Assembly (NCBI GenBank): GCA_964016885.1
Contig: OZ024740.1
Coordinates: 417,942,001 to 418,006,000 of the forward strand
Source of the DNA: Eledone cirrhosa
Taxonomy: Eukaryota
Reading direction: 5' to 3'
DNA length: 64,000 bases
Position 1 is the stretch's first letter; each line of letters starts with the position of its first letter. The notes beneath the pieces are model-generated. The model ran no database searches. It saw only the letters and a program-made list of their open reading frames with translations, and was not told where the DNA came from. Position numbers and translations under genes: made by a program. Of this stretch, positions 1-15,000 are shown piece by piece.

Positions 1-3000
1 GGAGGTGTCTACATCCCTTACATGACCAACACCATAGAAAGAGGTGGAGGTGTCTACATCCCTGACATGACCAACACCATAGAAAGAGGTGGAGGTGTCT
101 ACATCCCTTACATGACCAACACCATAGAAAGAGGTGGAGGTGTCTACATCCCTGACATGACCAACACCATAGAAAGAGGTGGAGGTGTCTACATCCCTGA
201 CATGACCAACACCATAGAAAGAGGTGGAGGTGTCTACATCCCTTACATGACCAACACCATAGAAAGAGGTGGAGGTGTCTACATCCCTGACATGACCAAC
301 ACCATAGAAAGAGGTGGAGGTGTCTACATCCCTGACATGACCAACACCATAGAAAGAGGTGGAGGTGTCTACATCCCTGACATGACCAACACCATAGAAA
401 GAGGTGGAGGTGTCTACATCCCTGACATGACCAACACCATAGAAAGAGGTGGAGGTGTCTACATCCCTTACATGACCAACACCATAGAAAGAGGTGGAGG
501 TGTCTACATCCCTTACATGACCAACACCATAGAAAGAGGTGGAGGTGTCTACATCCCTGACATGACCAACACCATAGAAAGAGGTGGAGGTGTCTACATC
601 CCTTACATGACCAACACCATAGAAAGAGGTGGAGGTGTCTACATCCCTGACATGACCAACACCATAGAAAGAGGTGGAGGTGTCTACATCCCTTACATGA
701 CCAACACCATAGAAAGAGGTGGAGGTGTCTACATCCCTGACATGACCAACACCATAGAAAGAGGTGGAGGTGTCTACATCCCTTACATGACCAACACCAT
801 AGAAAGAGGTGGAGGTGTCTACATCCCTGACATGACCAACACCATAGAAAGAGGTGGAGGTGTCTACATCCCTTACATGACCAACACCATAGAAAGAGGT
901 GGAGGTGTCTACATCCCTGACATGACCAACACCATAGAAAGAGGTGGAGGTGTCTACATCCCTTACATGACCAACACCATAGAAAGAGGTGGAGGTGTCT
1001 ACATCCCTTACATGACCAACACCATAGAAAGAGGTGGAGGTGTCTACATCCCTGACATGACCAACACCATAGAAAGAGGTGGAGGTGTCTACATCCCTTA
1101 CATGACCAACACCATAGAAAGAGGTGGAGGTGTCTACACTCCCGACATGACCAACACCATAGAAAGAGGTGGATGTGTCTATATCCCTGACATGACCAAC
1201 ACCATAGAAAGAGGTGGAGGTGTCTACATCCCTGACATGACCAACACCATAGAAAGAGGTGGAGGTGTCTACATCCCTGACATGACCAACACCATAGAAA
1301 GAGGTGGAGGTGTCTACATCCCTGACATGACCAACACCATAGAAAGAGGTGGAGGTGTCTACATCCCTGACATGACCAACACCATAGAAAGAGGTGGAGG
1401 TGTCTACAATCCTGACATGACCAACACCATAGAAAGAGGTGGAGGTGTCTACATCCCTGACATGACCAACACCATAGAAAGAGGTGGAGGTGTCTACATC
1501 CCTGACATGACCAACACCATAGAAAGAGGTGGAGGTGTCTACATCCCTGACATGACCAACACCATAGAAAGAGGTGGAGGTGTCTACATCCCTGACATGA
1601 CCAACACCATAGAAAGAGGTGGAGGTGTCTACATCCCTGACATGACCAACACCATAGAAAGAGGTGGAGGTGTCTACAATCCTGACATGACCAACACCAT
1701 AGAAAGAGGTGGAGGTATCTACATCCCTGACATGACCAACACCATAGAAAGAGGTGGAGGTGTCTACATCCCTGATATGACCAACACCATAGAAAGAGGT
1801 GGAGGTGTCTACATCCCCGACATGACCAACACCATAGAAAGAGGTGGAGATGTCTACATCGCTGACATGACCAACACCATAGAAAGAGGTGGAGGTGTCT
1901 GCATCCCTGACATGACCAACAACAGAGAAAGAGGTGGATGTGTCTACAATCCTGACATGACCAACACCATAGAAAGAGGTGGAGGTGTCTACATCCCTGA
2001 CATGACCAACACCATAGAAAGAGGTGGAGGTGTCTACATCCCTGACATGACCAACACCATAGAAAGAGGTGGAGGTGTCTACATCCCCGACATGACCAAC
2101 ACCATAGAAAGAGGTGGAGGTGTCTACAATCCTGACATGACCAACACCATAGAAAGAGGTGGAGGTGTCTACATCCCTGACATGACCAACACCATAGAAA
2201 GAGGTGGAGGTGTCTACATCCTCGACATGACCAACACCATAGAAAGAGGTGGAGGTGTCTACATCCCCGACATGACCAACACCATAGAAAGAGGTGGAGG
2301 TGTCTACATCCCCGACATGACCAACACCATAGAAAGAGATGGAGGTGTCTACAATCCTGACATGAGCAACACCATAGAAAGAGGTGGAGGTGTCTACAAT
2401 CCTGACATGACCAACACCATAGAAAGAGGTGGAGGTGTCTACATCCCTGACATGACCAACACCATAGAAAGAGATGGAGGTGTCTACAATCCTGACATGA
2501 GCAACACCATAGAAAGAGGTGGAGGTGTCTACAATCCTGACATGACCAACACCATAGAAAGAGGTGGAGGTGTCTACATCCCTGACATGACCAACACCAT
2601 AGAAAGAGGTGGAGGTGTCTACAATCCTGACATGACCAACACCATAGAAAGAGGTGGAGGTGTCTACATCCCCGACATGACCAACACCATAGAAAGAGGT
2701 GGAGGTGTCTACATCCCTGACATGACCAACACCATAGAAAGAGGTGGAGGTGTCTACATCCCCGACATGACCAACACCATAGAAAGAGGTGGAGGTGTCT
2801 ACATGCCTGACATGACCAACACCATAGAAAGAGGTGGAGGTGTCTACAATCCTGACATGACCAACACCATAGAAAGAGGTGACGGTGTCTACATCCCCGA
2901 CATGACCAACACCATAGAAAGAGGTGGAGGTGTCTACATCCACGACATGACCAACACCATAGAAAGAGGTGGAGGTGTCTACATCCCTGACATGAGCAAC

Positions 3001-6000
3001 ACCATAGAAAGAGATGGAGGTGTGTACAATCCTGACATGACCAACACCATAGAAAGAGGTGGAGGTGTCTACAATCCTGACATGACCAACACCATAGAAA
3101 GAGGTGGAGGTGCCTACATCCCTGACATGACCAACACCATAGAAAGAGGTGGAGGTGTCTACATCCCTGATATGACCAACACCATAGAAAGAGGTGGATG
3201 TGTCTACAATCCCGACATGACCAACACCATAGAAAGAGGTTGAGGTGTATACAATCCTGACATGACCAACACCATAGAAAGAGGTGGAGGTGTCTACATC
3301 CCTGACATGACCAACACCATAGAAAGAGGTGGAGGTGTCTACATCCCTGACATGACCAACAACATAGAAAGAGGTGGAGGTGTCTACATCCCTGACATGA
3401 CCAACACCATAGAAAGAGGTGGAGGTGTCTACAATCCTGACATGACCAACACCATAGAAAGAGGTGGAGGTGTCTACAATCCTGACATGACCAACACCAT
3501 AGAAAGAGGTGGAGGTGTCTACATCCCTGATATGACCAACACCATAGAAAGAGGTGGAGGTGTCTACATCCCCGACATGACCAACACCATAGAAAGAGGT
3601 TGAGGTGTGTACAATCCTGACATGACCAACACCATAGAAAGAGGGGGATGTGTCTACAATCCCGACATGACCAACACCATAGAAAGAGGTTGAGGTGTAT
3701 ACAATCCTGACATGACCAACACCATAGAAAGAGGTGGAGGTGTCTACAATCCTGACATGACCAACACCATAGAAAGAGGTGGAGGTGTCTACATCCCTGA
3801 CATGACCAACACCATAGAAAGAGGTGGAGGTGTCTACATCCCTGATATGACCAACACCATAGAAAGAGGTGGAGGTGTCTACATCCCCGACATGACCAAC
3901 ACCATAGAAAGAGGTGGAGGTGTCTACAATCCCGACATGACCAACACCATAGAAAGAGGTTGAGGTGTATACAATCCTGACATGACCAACACCATAGAAA
4001 GAGGTGGATGTGTCTACAATCCCGACATGACCAACACCATAGAAAGAGGTTGAGGTGTATACAATCCTGACATGACCAACACCATAGAAAGAGGTGGAGG
4101 TGTCTACATCCCTGACATGACCAACACCATAGAAAGAGGTGGAGGTGTCTACATCCCTGACATGACCATGACCATAGAAAGAGGTGAAGGTGTCTACAAT
4201 CCTGACATGACCAACACCATAGAAAGAGGTGGAGGTGTCTACAATCCTGACATGACCAACACCATAGAAAGAGGTGGAGGTGTCTACATCCCTGACATTA
4301 CCAACACCATAGAAAGAGGTGGAGGTGTCTACATCCCCGACATGACCAACACCATAGAAAGAGGTGGAGGTGTCTACAATCCTGACATGACCAACACCAT
4401 AGAAAGAGGTGGAGGTGTCTACATCCCCGACATGACCAACACCATAGAAAGAGGTGGAGGTGTCTACAATCCTGACATGACCAACACCATAGAAAGAGGT
4501 GGAGGTGTCTACATCCCTGACATGACCAACACCATAGAAAGAGGTGGAGGTGTCTACAATCCTGACATGACCATCACCATAGAAAGAGGTGGAGGTGTCT
4601 ACATCCCTGACATGACCAACACCATAGAAAGAGGTGGATGTGTCTACATCCCCGACATGACCAACACCATAGAAAGAGGTGGAGGTGTCTACAATCCTGA
4701 CATGACCAACACCATAGAAAGAGGTGGAGGTGTCTACATCCCTGACATGACCAACACCATAGAAAGTGGTGGAGGTGTCTACATCCCTGACATGACCAAC
4801 ACCATAGAAAGTGGTGGAGGTGTCTACATCCCTGACATGACCAACACCATAGAAAGAGGTGGAGGTGTCTACAATCCTGACATGACCAACACCATAGAAA
4901 GAGGTGGAGGTGTCTACATCCCTGACATGACCAACACCATAGAAAGAGGTGGAGGTGTCTACATCCCTGACATGACCAACACCATAGAAAGAGGTGGAGG
5001 TGTCTACATCCCCGACATGACCAACACCATAGAAAGAGGTGGAGGTGTCTACAATCCTGACATGACCAACACCATAGAAAGAGGTGGAGGTGTCTACATC
5101 CCTGACATGACCAACACCATACAAAGAGGTGGAGGTGTCTACATCCTCGACATGACCAACACCATAGAAAGAGGTGGAGGTGTCTACATCCCCGACATGA
5201 CCAACACCATAGAAAGAGGTGGAGGTGTCTACATCCCTGACATGACCAACACCATAGAAAGAGATGGAGGTGTCTACAATCCTGACATGAGCAACACCAT
5301 AGAAAGAGGTGGAGGTGTCTACAATCCTGACATGACCAACACCATAGAAAGAGGTGGAGGTGTCTACATCCCTGACATGACCAACACCATAGAAAGAGGT
5401 GGAGGTGTCTACAATCCTGACATGACCAACACCATAGAAAGAGGTGGAGGTGTCTACATCCCCGACATGACCAACACCATAGAAAGAGGTGGAGGTGTCT
5501 ACATCCCTGACATGACCAACACCATAGAAAGAGGTGGAGGTGTCTACATCCCCGACATGACCAACACCATAGAAAGAGGTGGAGGTGTCTACATGCCTGA
5601 CATGACCAACACCATAGAAAGAGGTGGAGGTGTCTACAATCCTGACATGACCAACACCATAGAAAGAGGTGGAGGTGTCTACATCCCCGACATGACCAAC
5701 ACCATAGAAAGAGGTGGAGGTGTCTACATCCACGACATGACCAACACCATAGAAAGAGGTGGAGGTGTCTACATCCCTGACATGAGCAACACCATAGAAA
5801 GAGATGGAGGTGTGTACAATCCTGACATGACCAACACCATAGAAAGAGGTGGAGGTGTCTACAATCCTGACATGACCAACACCATAGAAAGAGGTGGAGG
5901 TGCCTACATCCCTGACATGACCAACACCATAGAAAGAGGTGGAGGTGTCTACATCCCTGATATGACCAACACCATAGAAAGAGGTGGATGTGTCTACAAT

Positions 6001-9000
6001 CCCGACATGACCAACACCATAGAAAGAGGTTGAGGTGTATACAATCCTGACATGACCAACACCATAGAAAGAGGTGGAGGTGTCTACATCCCTGACATGA
6101 CCAACACCATAGAAAGAGGTGGAGGTGTCTACATCCCTGACATGACCAACAACATAGAAAGAGGTGGAGGTGTCTACATCCCTGACATGACCAACACCAT
6201 AGAAAGAGGTGGAGGTGTCTACAATCCTGACATGACCAACACCATAGAAAGAGGTGGAGGTGTCTACAATCCTGACATGACCAACACCATAGAAAGAGGT
6301 GGAGGTGTCTACATCCCTGATATGACCAACACCATAGAAAGAGGTGGAGGTGTCTACATCCCCGACATGACCAACACCATAGAAAGAGGTTGAGGTGTGT
6401 ACAATCCTGACATGACCAACACCATAGAAAGAGGGGGATGTGTCTACAATCCCGACATGACCAACACCATAGAAAGAGGTTGAGGTGTATACAATCCTGA
6501 CATGACCAACACCATAGAAAGAGGTGGAGGTGTCTACAATCCTGACATGACCAACACCATAGAAAGAGGTGGAGGTGTCTACATCCCTGACATGACCAAC
6601 ACCATAGAAAGAGGTGGAGGTGTCTACATCCCTGATATGACCAACACCATAGAAAGAGGTGGAGGTGTCTACATCCCCGACATGACCAACACCATAGAAA
6701 GAGGTGGAGGTGTCTACAATCCCGACATGACCAACACCATAGAAAGAGGTGGAGGTGTCTACATCCCTGACATGACCAACAGCATAGAAAGAGGTGGAGG
6801 TGTCTACATCCCTGATATGACCAACACCATAGAAAGAGGTGGAGATGTCTACATCCCTGACATGACCAACACCATAGAAAGAGGTGGAGGTGTCTACAAT
6901 CCCGACATGACCAACACCATAGAAAGAGGTTGAGGTGTATACAATCCTGACATGACCAACACCATAGAAAGAGGTGGATGTGTCTACAATCCCGACATGA
7001 CCAACACCATAGAAAGAGGTTGAGGTGTATACAATCCTGACATGACCAACACCATAGAAAGAGGTGGAGGTGTCTACATCCCTGACATGACCAACACCAT
7101 AGAAAGAGGTGGAGGTGTCTACATCCCTGACATGACCATGACCATAGAAAGAGGTGAAGGTGTCTACAATCCTGACATGACCAACACCATAGAAAGAGGT
7201 GGAGGTGTCTACAATCCTGACATGACCAACACCATAGAAAGAGGTGGAGGTGTCTACATCCCTGACATTACCAACACCATAGAAAGAGGTGGAGGTGTCT
7301 ACATCCCCGACATGACCAACACCATAGAAAGAGGTGGAGGTGTCTACAATCCTGACATGACCAACACCATAGAAAGAGGTGGAGGTGTCTACATCCCCGA
7401 CATGACCAACACCATAGAAAGAGGTGGAGGTGTCTACAATCCTGACATGACCAACACCATAGAAAGAGGTGGAGGTGTCTACATCCCTGACATGACCAAC
7501 ACCATAGAAAGAGGTGGAGGTGTCTACAATCCTGACATGACCATCACCATAGAAAGAGGTGGAGGTGTCTACATCCCTGACATGACCAACACCATAGAAA
7601 GAGGTGGATGTGTCTACATCCCCGACATGACCAACACCATAGAAAGAGGTGGAGGTGTCTACAATCCTGACATGACCAACACCATAGAAAGAGGTGGAGG
7701 TGTCTACATCCCTGACATGACCAACACCATAGAAAGTGGTGGAGGTGTCTACATCCCTGACATGACCAACACCATAGAAAGTGGTGGAGGTGTCTACATC
7801 CCTGACATGACCAACACCATAGAAAGAGGTGGAGGTGTCTACAATCCTGACATGACCAACACCATAGAAAGAGGTGGAGGTGTCTACATCCCTGACATGA
7901 CCAACACCATAGAAAGAGGTGGAGGTGTCTACATCCCTGACATGACCAACACCATAGAAAGAGGTGGAGGTGTCTACATCCCCGACATGACCAACATCAT
8001 AGAAAGAGGTGGAGGTGTCTTCAATCCTGACATGACCAACACCATAGAAAGAGGTGGAGGTGTCTACATCCCTGACATGACCAACACCATAGAAAGAGGT
8101 GGAGGTGTCTACATCCCTGACATGACCAACACCATAGAAAGAGATGGATGTGTCTACATACCTGACATGACCAACACCATAGAAAGAGGTGGAGGTGTCT
8201 ACATCCCTGACATGACCAACACCATAGAAAGAGGTGGAGGTGTCTACATCCCTGACATGACCAACACCATAGAAAGAGGTGGAGGTGTCTACATCCCTGA
8301 CATGACCAACACCATAGAAAGAGGTGGAGGTGTCTACATCCCTGACATGACCAACACCATAGAAAGAGGTGGAGGTGTCTACAATCCTGACATGACCAAC
8401 ACCATAGAAAGAGGTGGATGTGTCTACATCCCTGACATGACCAACACCATAGAAAGAGGTGGAGGTGTCTACATCCCTGACATGACCAACACCATAGAAA
8501 GAGGTGGAGGTGTCTACATCCCTGACATGACCAACACCATAGAAAGAGGTGGATGTGTCTACATCCCTGACATGACCAACACCATAGAAAGAGGTGGAGG
8601 TGTCTACATCCCCGACATGACCAACACCATAGAAAGAGGTGGAGGAGTCTACATCCCTGACATGACCAACACCATAGAAAGAGGTGGATGTGTCTACATC
8701 CCTGACATGACCAACACCATAGAAAGAGGTGGAGGTGTCTACATCCCTGACATGACCAACACCATAGAAAGAGGTGGAGGTGTCTACAATCCTGACATGA
8801 CCAACACCATAGAAAGAGGTGGAGGTGTCTACAATCCTGACATGACCAACACCATAGAAAGAGCTGGAGGTGTATACATCCCCGACATGACCAACACCAT
8901 AGAAAGAGGTGGATGTGTCTACATCCCTGACATGACCAACACCATAGAAAGAGGTGGAGGTGTCTACATCCCTGACATGACCAACACCATAGAAAGAGGT

Positions 9001-12000
9001 GGAGGTGTCTACAATCCTGACATGACCAACACCATAGAAAGAGGTGGAGGTGTCTACATCCCTGACATGACCAACACCATAGAAAGAGGTGGATGTGTCT
9101 ACATCCCTGACATGACCAACACCATAGAAAGAGGTGGAGGTGTCTACATCCCCGACATGACCAACACCATAGAAAGAGGTGGAGGTTTCTACATCCCTGA
9201 CATGACCAACACCATAGAAAGAGGTGGAGGTGTCTACATCCCTGACATGACCAACACCATAGAAAGAGGTGGAGGTGTCTACAATCCTCACATGACCAAC
9301 ACCATAGAAAGAGGTGGAGGTGTCTACAATCCTGACATGACCAACACCATAGAAAGAGGTGGAGGTGTCTACAATCCTGACATGACCAACACCATAGAAA
9401 GAGGTGGAGGTGTCTACATCCCTGACATGACCAACACCATAGAAAGAGGTGGATGTGTCTACATCCCTGACATGACCAACACCATAGAAAGAGGTGGAGG
9501 TGTCTACATCCCTGACATGACCCACACCATAGAAAGAGGTGGAGGTGTCTACATCCCTGACATGACCAACACCATAGAAAGAGGTGGTGTCTACAATCAT
9601 GACATGACCAACACCATAGAAAGAGGTGGATGTGTCTACATCCCTGACATGACCAACACCATAGAAAGAGGTGGAGGTGTCTACATCCCTGACATGACCA
9701 ACACCATAGAAAGAGGTGGAGGTGTCTACATCCCTGACATGACCAACACCATAGAAAGAGGTGGAGGTGTCTACATCCCCGACATGACCAACACCATAGA
9801 AAGAGGTGGAGGTGTCTACATCCCTGACATGACCAACACCATAGAAAGAGGTGGAGGTGTCTACATCCCTGACATGACCAACACCATAGAAAGAGGTGGA
9901 GGTGTCTACATCCCTGACATGACCAACACCATAGAAAGAGGTGGAGGTGTCTACATCCCTGACATGACCAACACCATAGAAAGAGGTGGATGTGTCTACA
10001 TCCCTGACATGACCAACACCATAGAAAGAGGTGGAGGTGTCTACATCCCCGACATGACCAACACCATAGAAAGAGGTGGAGGTGTCTACATCCCTGACAT
10101 GACCAACACCATAGAAAGAGGTGGAGGTGTCTACATCCCTGACATGACCAACACCATAGAAAGAGGTGGAGGTGTCTACATCCCCGACATGACCAAAACC
10201 ATAGAAAGAGGTGGAGGTGTCTACATCCCTGAGATGACCAACACCATAGAAAGAGGTGGAGGTGTCTACATCCCTGACATGACCAACACCATAGAAAGAG
10301 GTGGATGTGTCTACATCCCTGACATGACCAACACCATAGAAAGAGGTGGAGGTGTCTACATCACCGACATGACCAACACCATAGAAAGAGGTGGAGGTGT
10401 CTACATCCCTGACATGACCAACACCATAGAAAGAGGTGGAGGTGTCTACATCCCTGACATGACCAACACCATAGAAAGAGGTGGAGGTGTCTACATCCCT
10501 TACATGACCAACACCATAGAAAGAGGTGGAGGTGTCTACAATCCTGACATGACCAACACCATAGAAAGAGGTGGAGGTGTCTACATCCCCGACATGACCA
10601 ACACCATAGAAAGAGGTGGAGGTGTCTACATCCCTAACATGACCAACACCATAGAAAGAGGTGGAGGTGTCTACATCCCTTACATGACCAACACCATAGA
10701 AAGAGGTGGAGGTGTCTACATCCCTGACATGACCAACACCATAGAAAGAGGTGGAGATGTCTACATCCCTGACATGACCAACATCATAGAAAGAGGTGGA
10801 GGTGTCTACATACCTTACATGACCAACACCATAGAAAGAGGTGGAGGTGTCTACATCCCTGACATGACCAACACCATAGAAAGAGGTGGAGGTGTCTACA
10901 TCCCTAACATGACCAACACCATAGAAAGAGGTGGAGGTGTCTACATCCCTGACATGACCAACACCATAGAAAGAGGTGGAGGTGTCTACATCCCTGACAT
11001 GACCAACACCATAGAAAGAGGTGGAGGTGTCTACATCCCTTACATGACCAACACCATAGAAAGAGGTGGAGGTGTCTACATCCCTGACATGACCAACACC
11101 ATAGAAAGAGGTGGAGGTGTCTACATCCCTGACATGACCAACACCATAGAAAGAGGTGGAGGTGTCTACATCCCTGACATGACCAACACCATAGAAAGAG
11201 GTGGTGGTGTCTACAATCCTGACATGACCAACACCATAGAAAGAGGTGGAGGTGTCTACATCCCCGACATGACCAACACCATAGAAAGAAGTGGAGATGT
11301 CTACATCCCTGACATGACCAACATCATAGAAAGAGGTGGAGGTGTCTACATCCCTTACATGACCAACACCATAGAAAGAGGTGGAGGTGTCTACATCCCT
11401 GACATGACCAACACCATAGAAAGAGGTGGAGGTGTCTACATCCCTGACATGACCAACACCATAGAAAGAGGTGGAGGTGTCTACATCCCTGACATGACCA
11501 ACACCATAGAAAGAGGTGGAGGTGTCTACATCCCTGACATGACCAACACCATAGAAAGAGGTGGAGGTGTCTACATCCCTTACATGACCAACACCATAGA
11601 AAGAGGTGGAGGTGTCTACATCCCTGACATGACCAACACCATAGAAAGAGGTGGAGGTGTCTACATCCCTGACATGACCAACACCATAGAAAGAGGTGGA
11701 GGTGTCTACATCCCTTACATGACCAACACCATAGAAAGAGGTGGAGGTGTCTACAATCCCTGACATGACCAACACCATAGAAAGAGGTGGAGGTGTCTAC
11801 ATCCCTGACATGACCAACACCATAGAAAGAGGTGGAGGTGTCTACATCCCTGATATGACCAACAACATAGAAAGAGGTGGAGGTGTCTACATCCCTGACA
11901 TGACCAACAACATAGAAAGAGGTGGAGGTGTCTACATCCCTGACATGACCAACACCATAGAAAGAGGTGGAGGTGTCTACATCCCTGACATGACCAACAC

Positions 12001-15000
12001 CATAGAAAGAGGTGGAGGTGTCTACATCCCTGACATGACCAACACCATAGAAAGAGGTGGAGGTGTCTACATCCCTGACATGACCAACACCATAGAAAGA
12101 GGTGGAGGTGTCTACAATCCTGACATGACCAACACCATAGAAAGAGGTGGAGGTGTCTACATCCCTGACATGACCAACACCATAGAAAGAGGTGGAGGTG
12201 TCTACATCCCCGACATGACCAACACCATAGAAAGAGGTGGAGATGTCTACATCCCTGACATGACCAACACCATAGAAAGAGGTGGAGGTGTCTACATCCC
12301 TGACATGACCAACACCATAGAAAGAGGTGGAGGTGTCTACATCCCTGACATGACCAACACCATAGAAAGAGGTGGAGGTGTCTACATCCCTGACATGACC
12401 AACACCATAGAAAGAGGTGGAGGTGTCTACATCCCTGACATGACCAACACCATAGAAAGAGGTGGAGGTGTCTACATCCCCGACATGACCAACACCATAG
12501 AAAGAGGTGGAGATGTCTACATCCCTGACATGACCAACACCATAGAAAGAGGTGGATGTGTCTACATCCCTGACATGACCAACACCATAGAAAGAGGTGG
12601 AGGTGTCTACATCCCCGACATGAGCAACACCATAGAAACAGGTGGAGGTGTCTACATCCCCGACATGACCAACACCATAGAAAGAGGTGGAGGTGTCTAC
12701 ATCCCTGACATGACCAACACCATAGAAAGAGGTGGATGTGTCTACATCCCTGACATGACCAACACCATAGAAAGAGGTGGAGGTGTCTACATCCCCGACA
12801 TGACCAACACCATAGAAAGAGGTGGAGATGTCTACATCCCTGACATGACCAACACCATAGAAAGAGGTGGAGGTGTCTACATCCCTGACATGACCAACAC
12901 CATAGAAAGAGGTGGAGCTGTCTACATCCCTGACATGACCAACACCATAGAAAGAGGTGGAGGTGTCTACATCCCTGACATGACCAACACCATAGAAAGA
13001 GGTGGATGTGTCTACATCCCTGACATGACCAACACCATAGAAAGAGGTGGAGGTGTCTACATCCCCGACATGACCAACACCATAGAAAGAGGTGGAGGAG
13101 TCTACATCCCTGACATGACCAACACCATAGAAAGAGGTGGATGTGTCTACATCCCTGACATGACCAACACCATAGAAAGAGGTGGAGGTGTCTACATCCC
13201 TGACATGACCAACACCATAGAAAGAGGTGGAGGTGTCTACAATCCTGACATGACCAACACCATAGAAAGAGGTGGAGGTGTCTACAATCCTGACATGACA
13301 AACACCATAGAAAGAGCTGGAGGTGTATACATCCCCGACATGACCAACACCATAGAAAGAGGTGGATGTGTCTACATCCCTGACATGACCAACACCATAG
13401 AAAGAGGTGGAGGTGTCTACATCCCTGACATGACCAACACCATAGAAAGAGGTGGAGGTGTCTACAATCCTGACATGACCAACACCATAGAAAGAGGTGG
13501 AGGTGTCTACATCCCTGACATGACCAACACCATAGAAAGAGGTGGATGTGTCTACATCCCTGACATGACCAACACCATAGAAAGAGGTGGAGGTGTCTAC
13601 ATCCCCGACATGACCAACACCATAGAAAGAGGTGGAGGTGTCTACATCCCTGACATGACCAACACCATAGAAAGAGGTGGATGTGTCTACATCCCTGACA
13701 TGACCAACACCATAGAAAGAGGTGGAGGTGTCTACAACCCCGACATGACCAACACCATAGAAAGAGGTGGAGGTGTCTACATCCCTGACATGACCAACAC
13801 CATAGAAAGAGGTGGAGGTGTCTACATCCCTGACATGACCAACACCATAGAAAGGGGTGGAGGTGTCTACATCCCCGACATGACCAACACCATAGAAAGA
13901 GGTGGAGGTGTCTACATCCCTGACATGACCAACACCATAGAAAGAGGTGGAGGTGTCTACATCCCCGACATGACCAACACCATAGAAAGAGGTGGAGATG
14001 TCTACATCCCTGACATGACCAACACCATAGAAAGAGGTGGAGGTGTCTACATCCCTGACATGACCAACACCATAGAAAGAGGTGGATGTGTCTACATCCC
14101 TGACATGACCAACACCATAGAAAGAGGTGGAGGTGTCTACATCCCTGACATGACCAACACCATAGAAAGAGGTGGAGGTGTCTACATCCCTGACATGACC
14201 AACACCATAGAAAGAGGTGGAGGTGTCTACATCCCTGACATGACCAACACCATAGAAAGAGGTGGATGTGTCTACATCCCTGACATGACCAACACCATAG
14301 AAAGAGGTGGAGGTGTCTACATCCCTGACATGACCAACACCATAGAAAGAGGTGGAGGTGTCTACATCCCTGACATGACCAACACCATAGAAAGAGGTGG
14401 AGGTGTCTACAATCCTGACATGACCAACACCATAGAAAGAGGTGGAGGTGTCTACAATCCTGACATGACCAACACCATAGAAAGAGGTGGAGGTGTATAC
14501 ATCCCCGACATGACCAACACCATAGAAAGAGGTGGATGTGTCTACATCCCTGACATGACCAACACCATAGAGAGAGGTGGAGGTGTCTACATCCCTGACA
14601 TGACCAACACCATAGAAAGAGGTGGAGGTGTCTACAATCCTGACATGACCAACACCATAGAAAGAGGTGGAGGTGTCTACAATCCTGACATGACCAACAC
14701 CATAGAAAGAGGTGGAGGTGTCTACATCCCCGACATGACCAACACCATAGAAAGAGGTGGAGGTGTCTACAATCCTGACTTGACCAACACCATAGAAAGA
14801 GGTGGAGGTGTCTACATCCCTGACATGACCAACACCATAGAAAGAGGTGGATGTGTCTACATCCCTGACATGACCAACACCATAGAAAGAGGTGGAGGTG
14901 TCTACATCCCCGACATGACCAACACCATAGAAAGAGGTGGAGGTGTCTACATCCCTGACATGACCAACACCATAGAAAGAGGTGGAGGTGTCTACATCCC

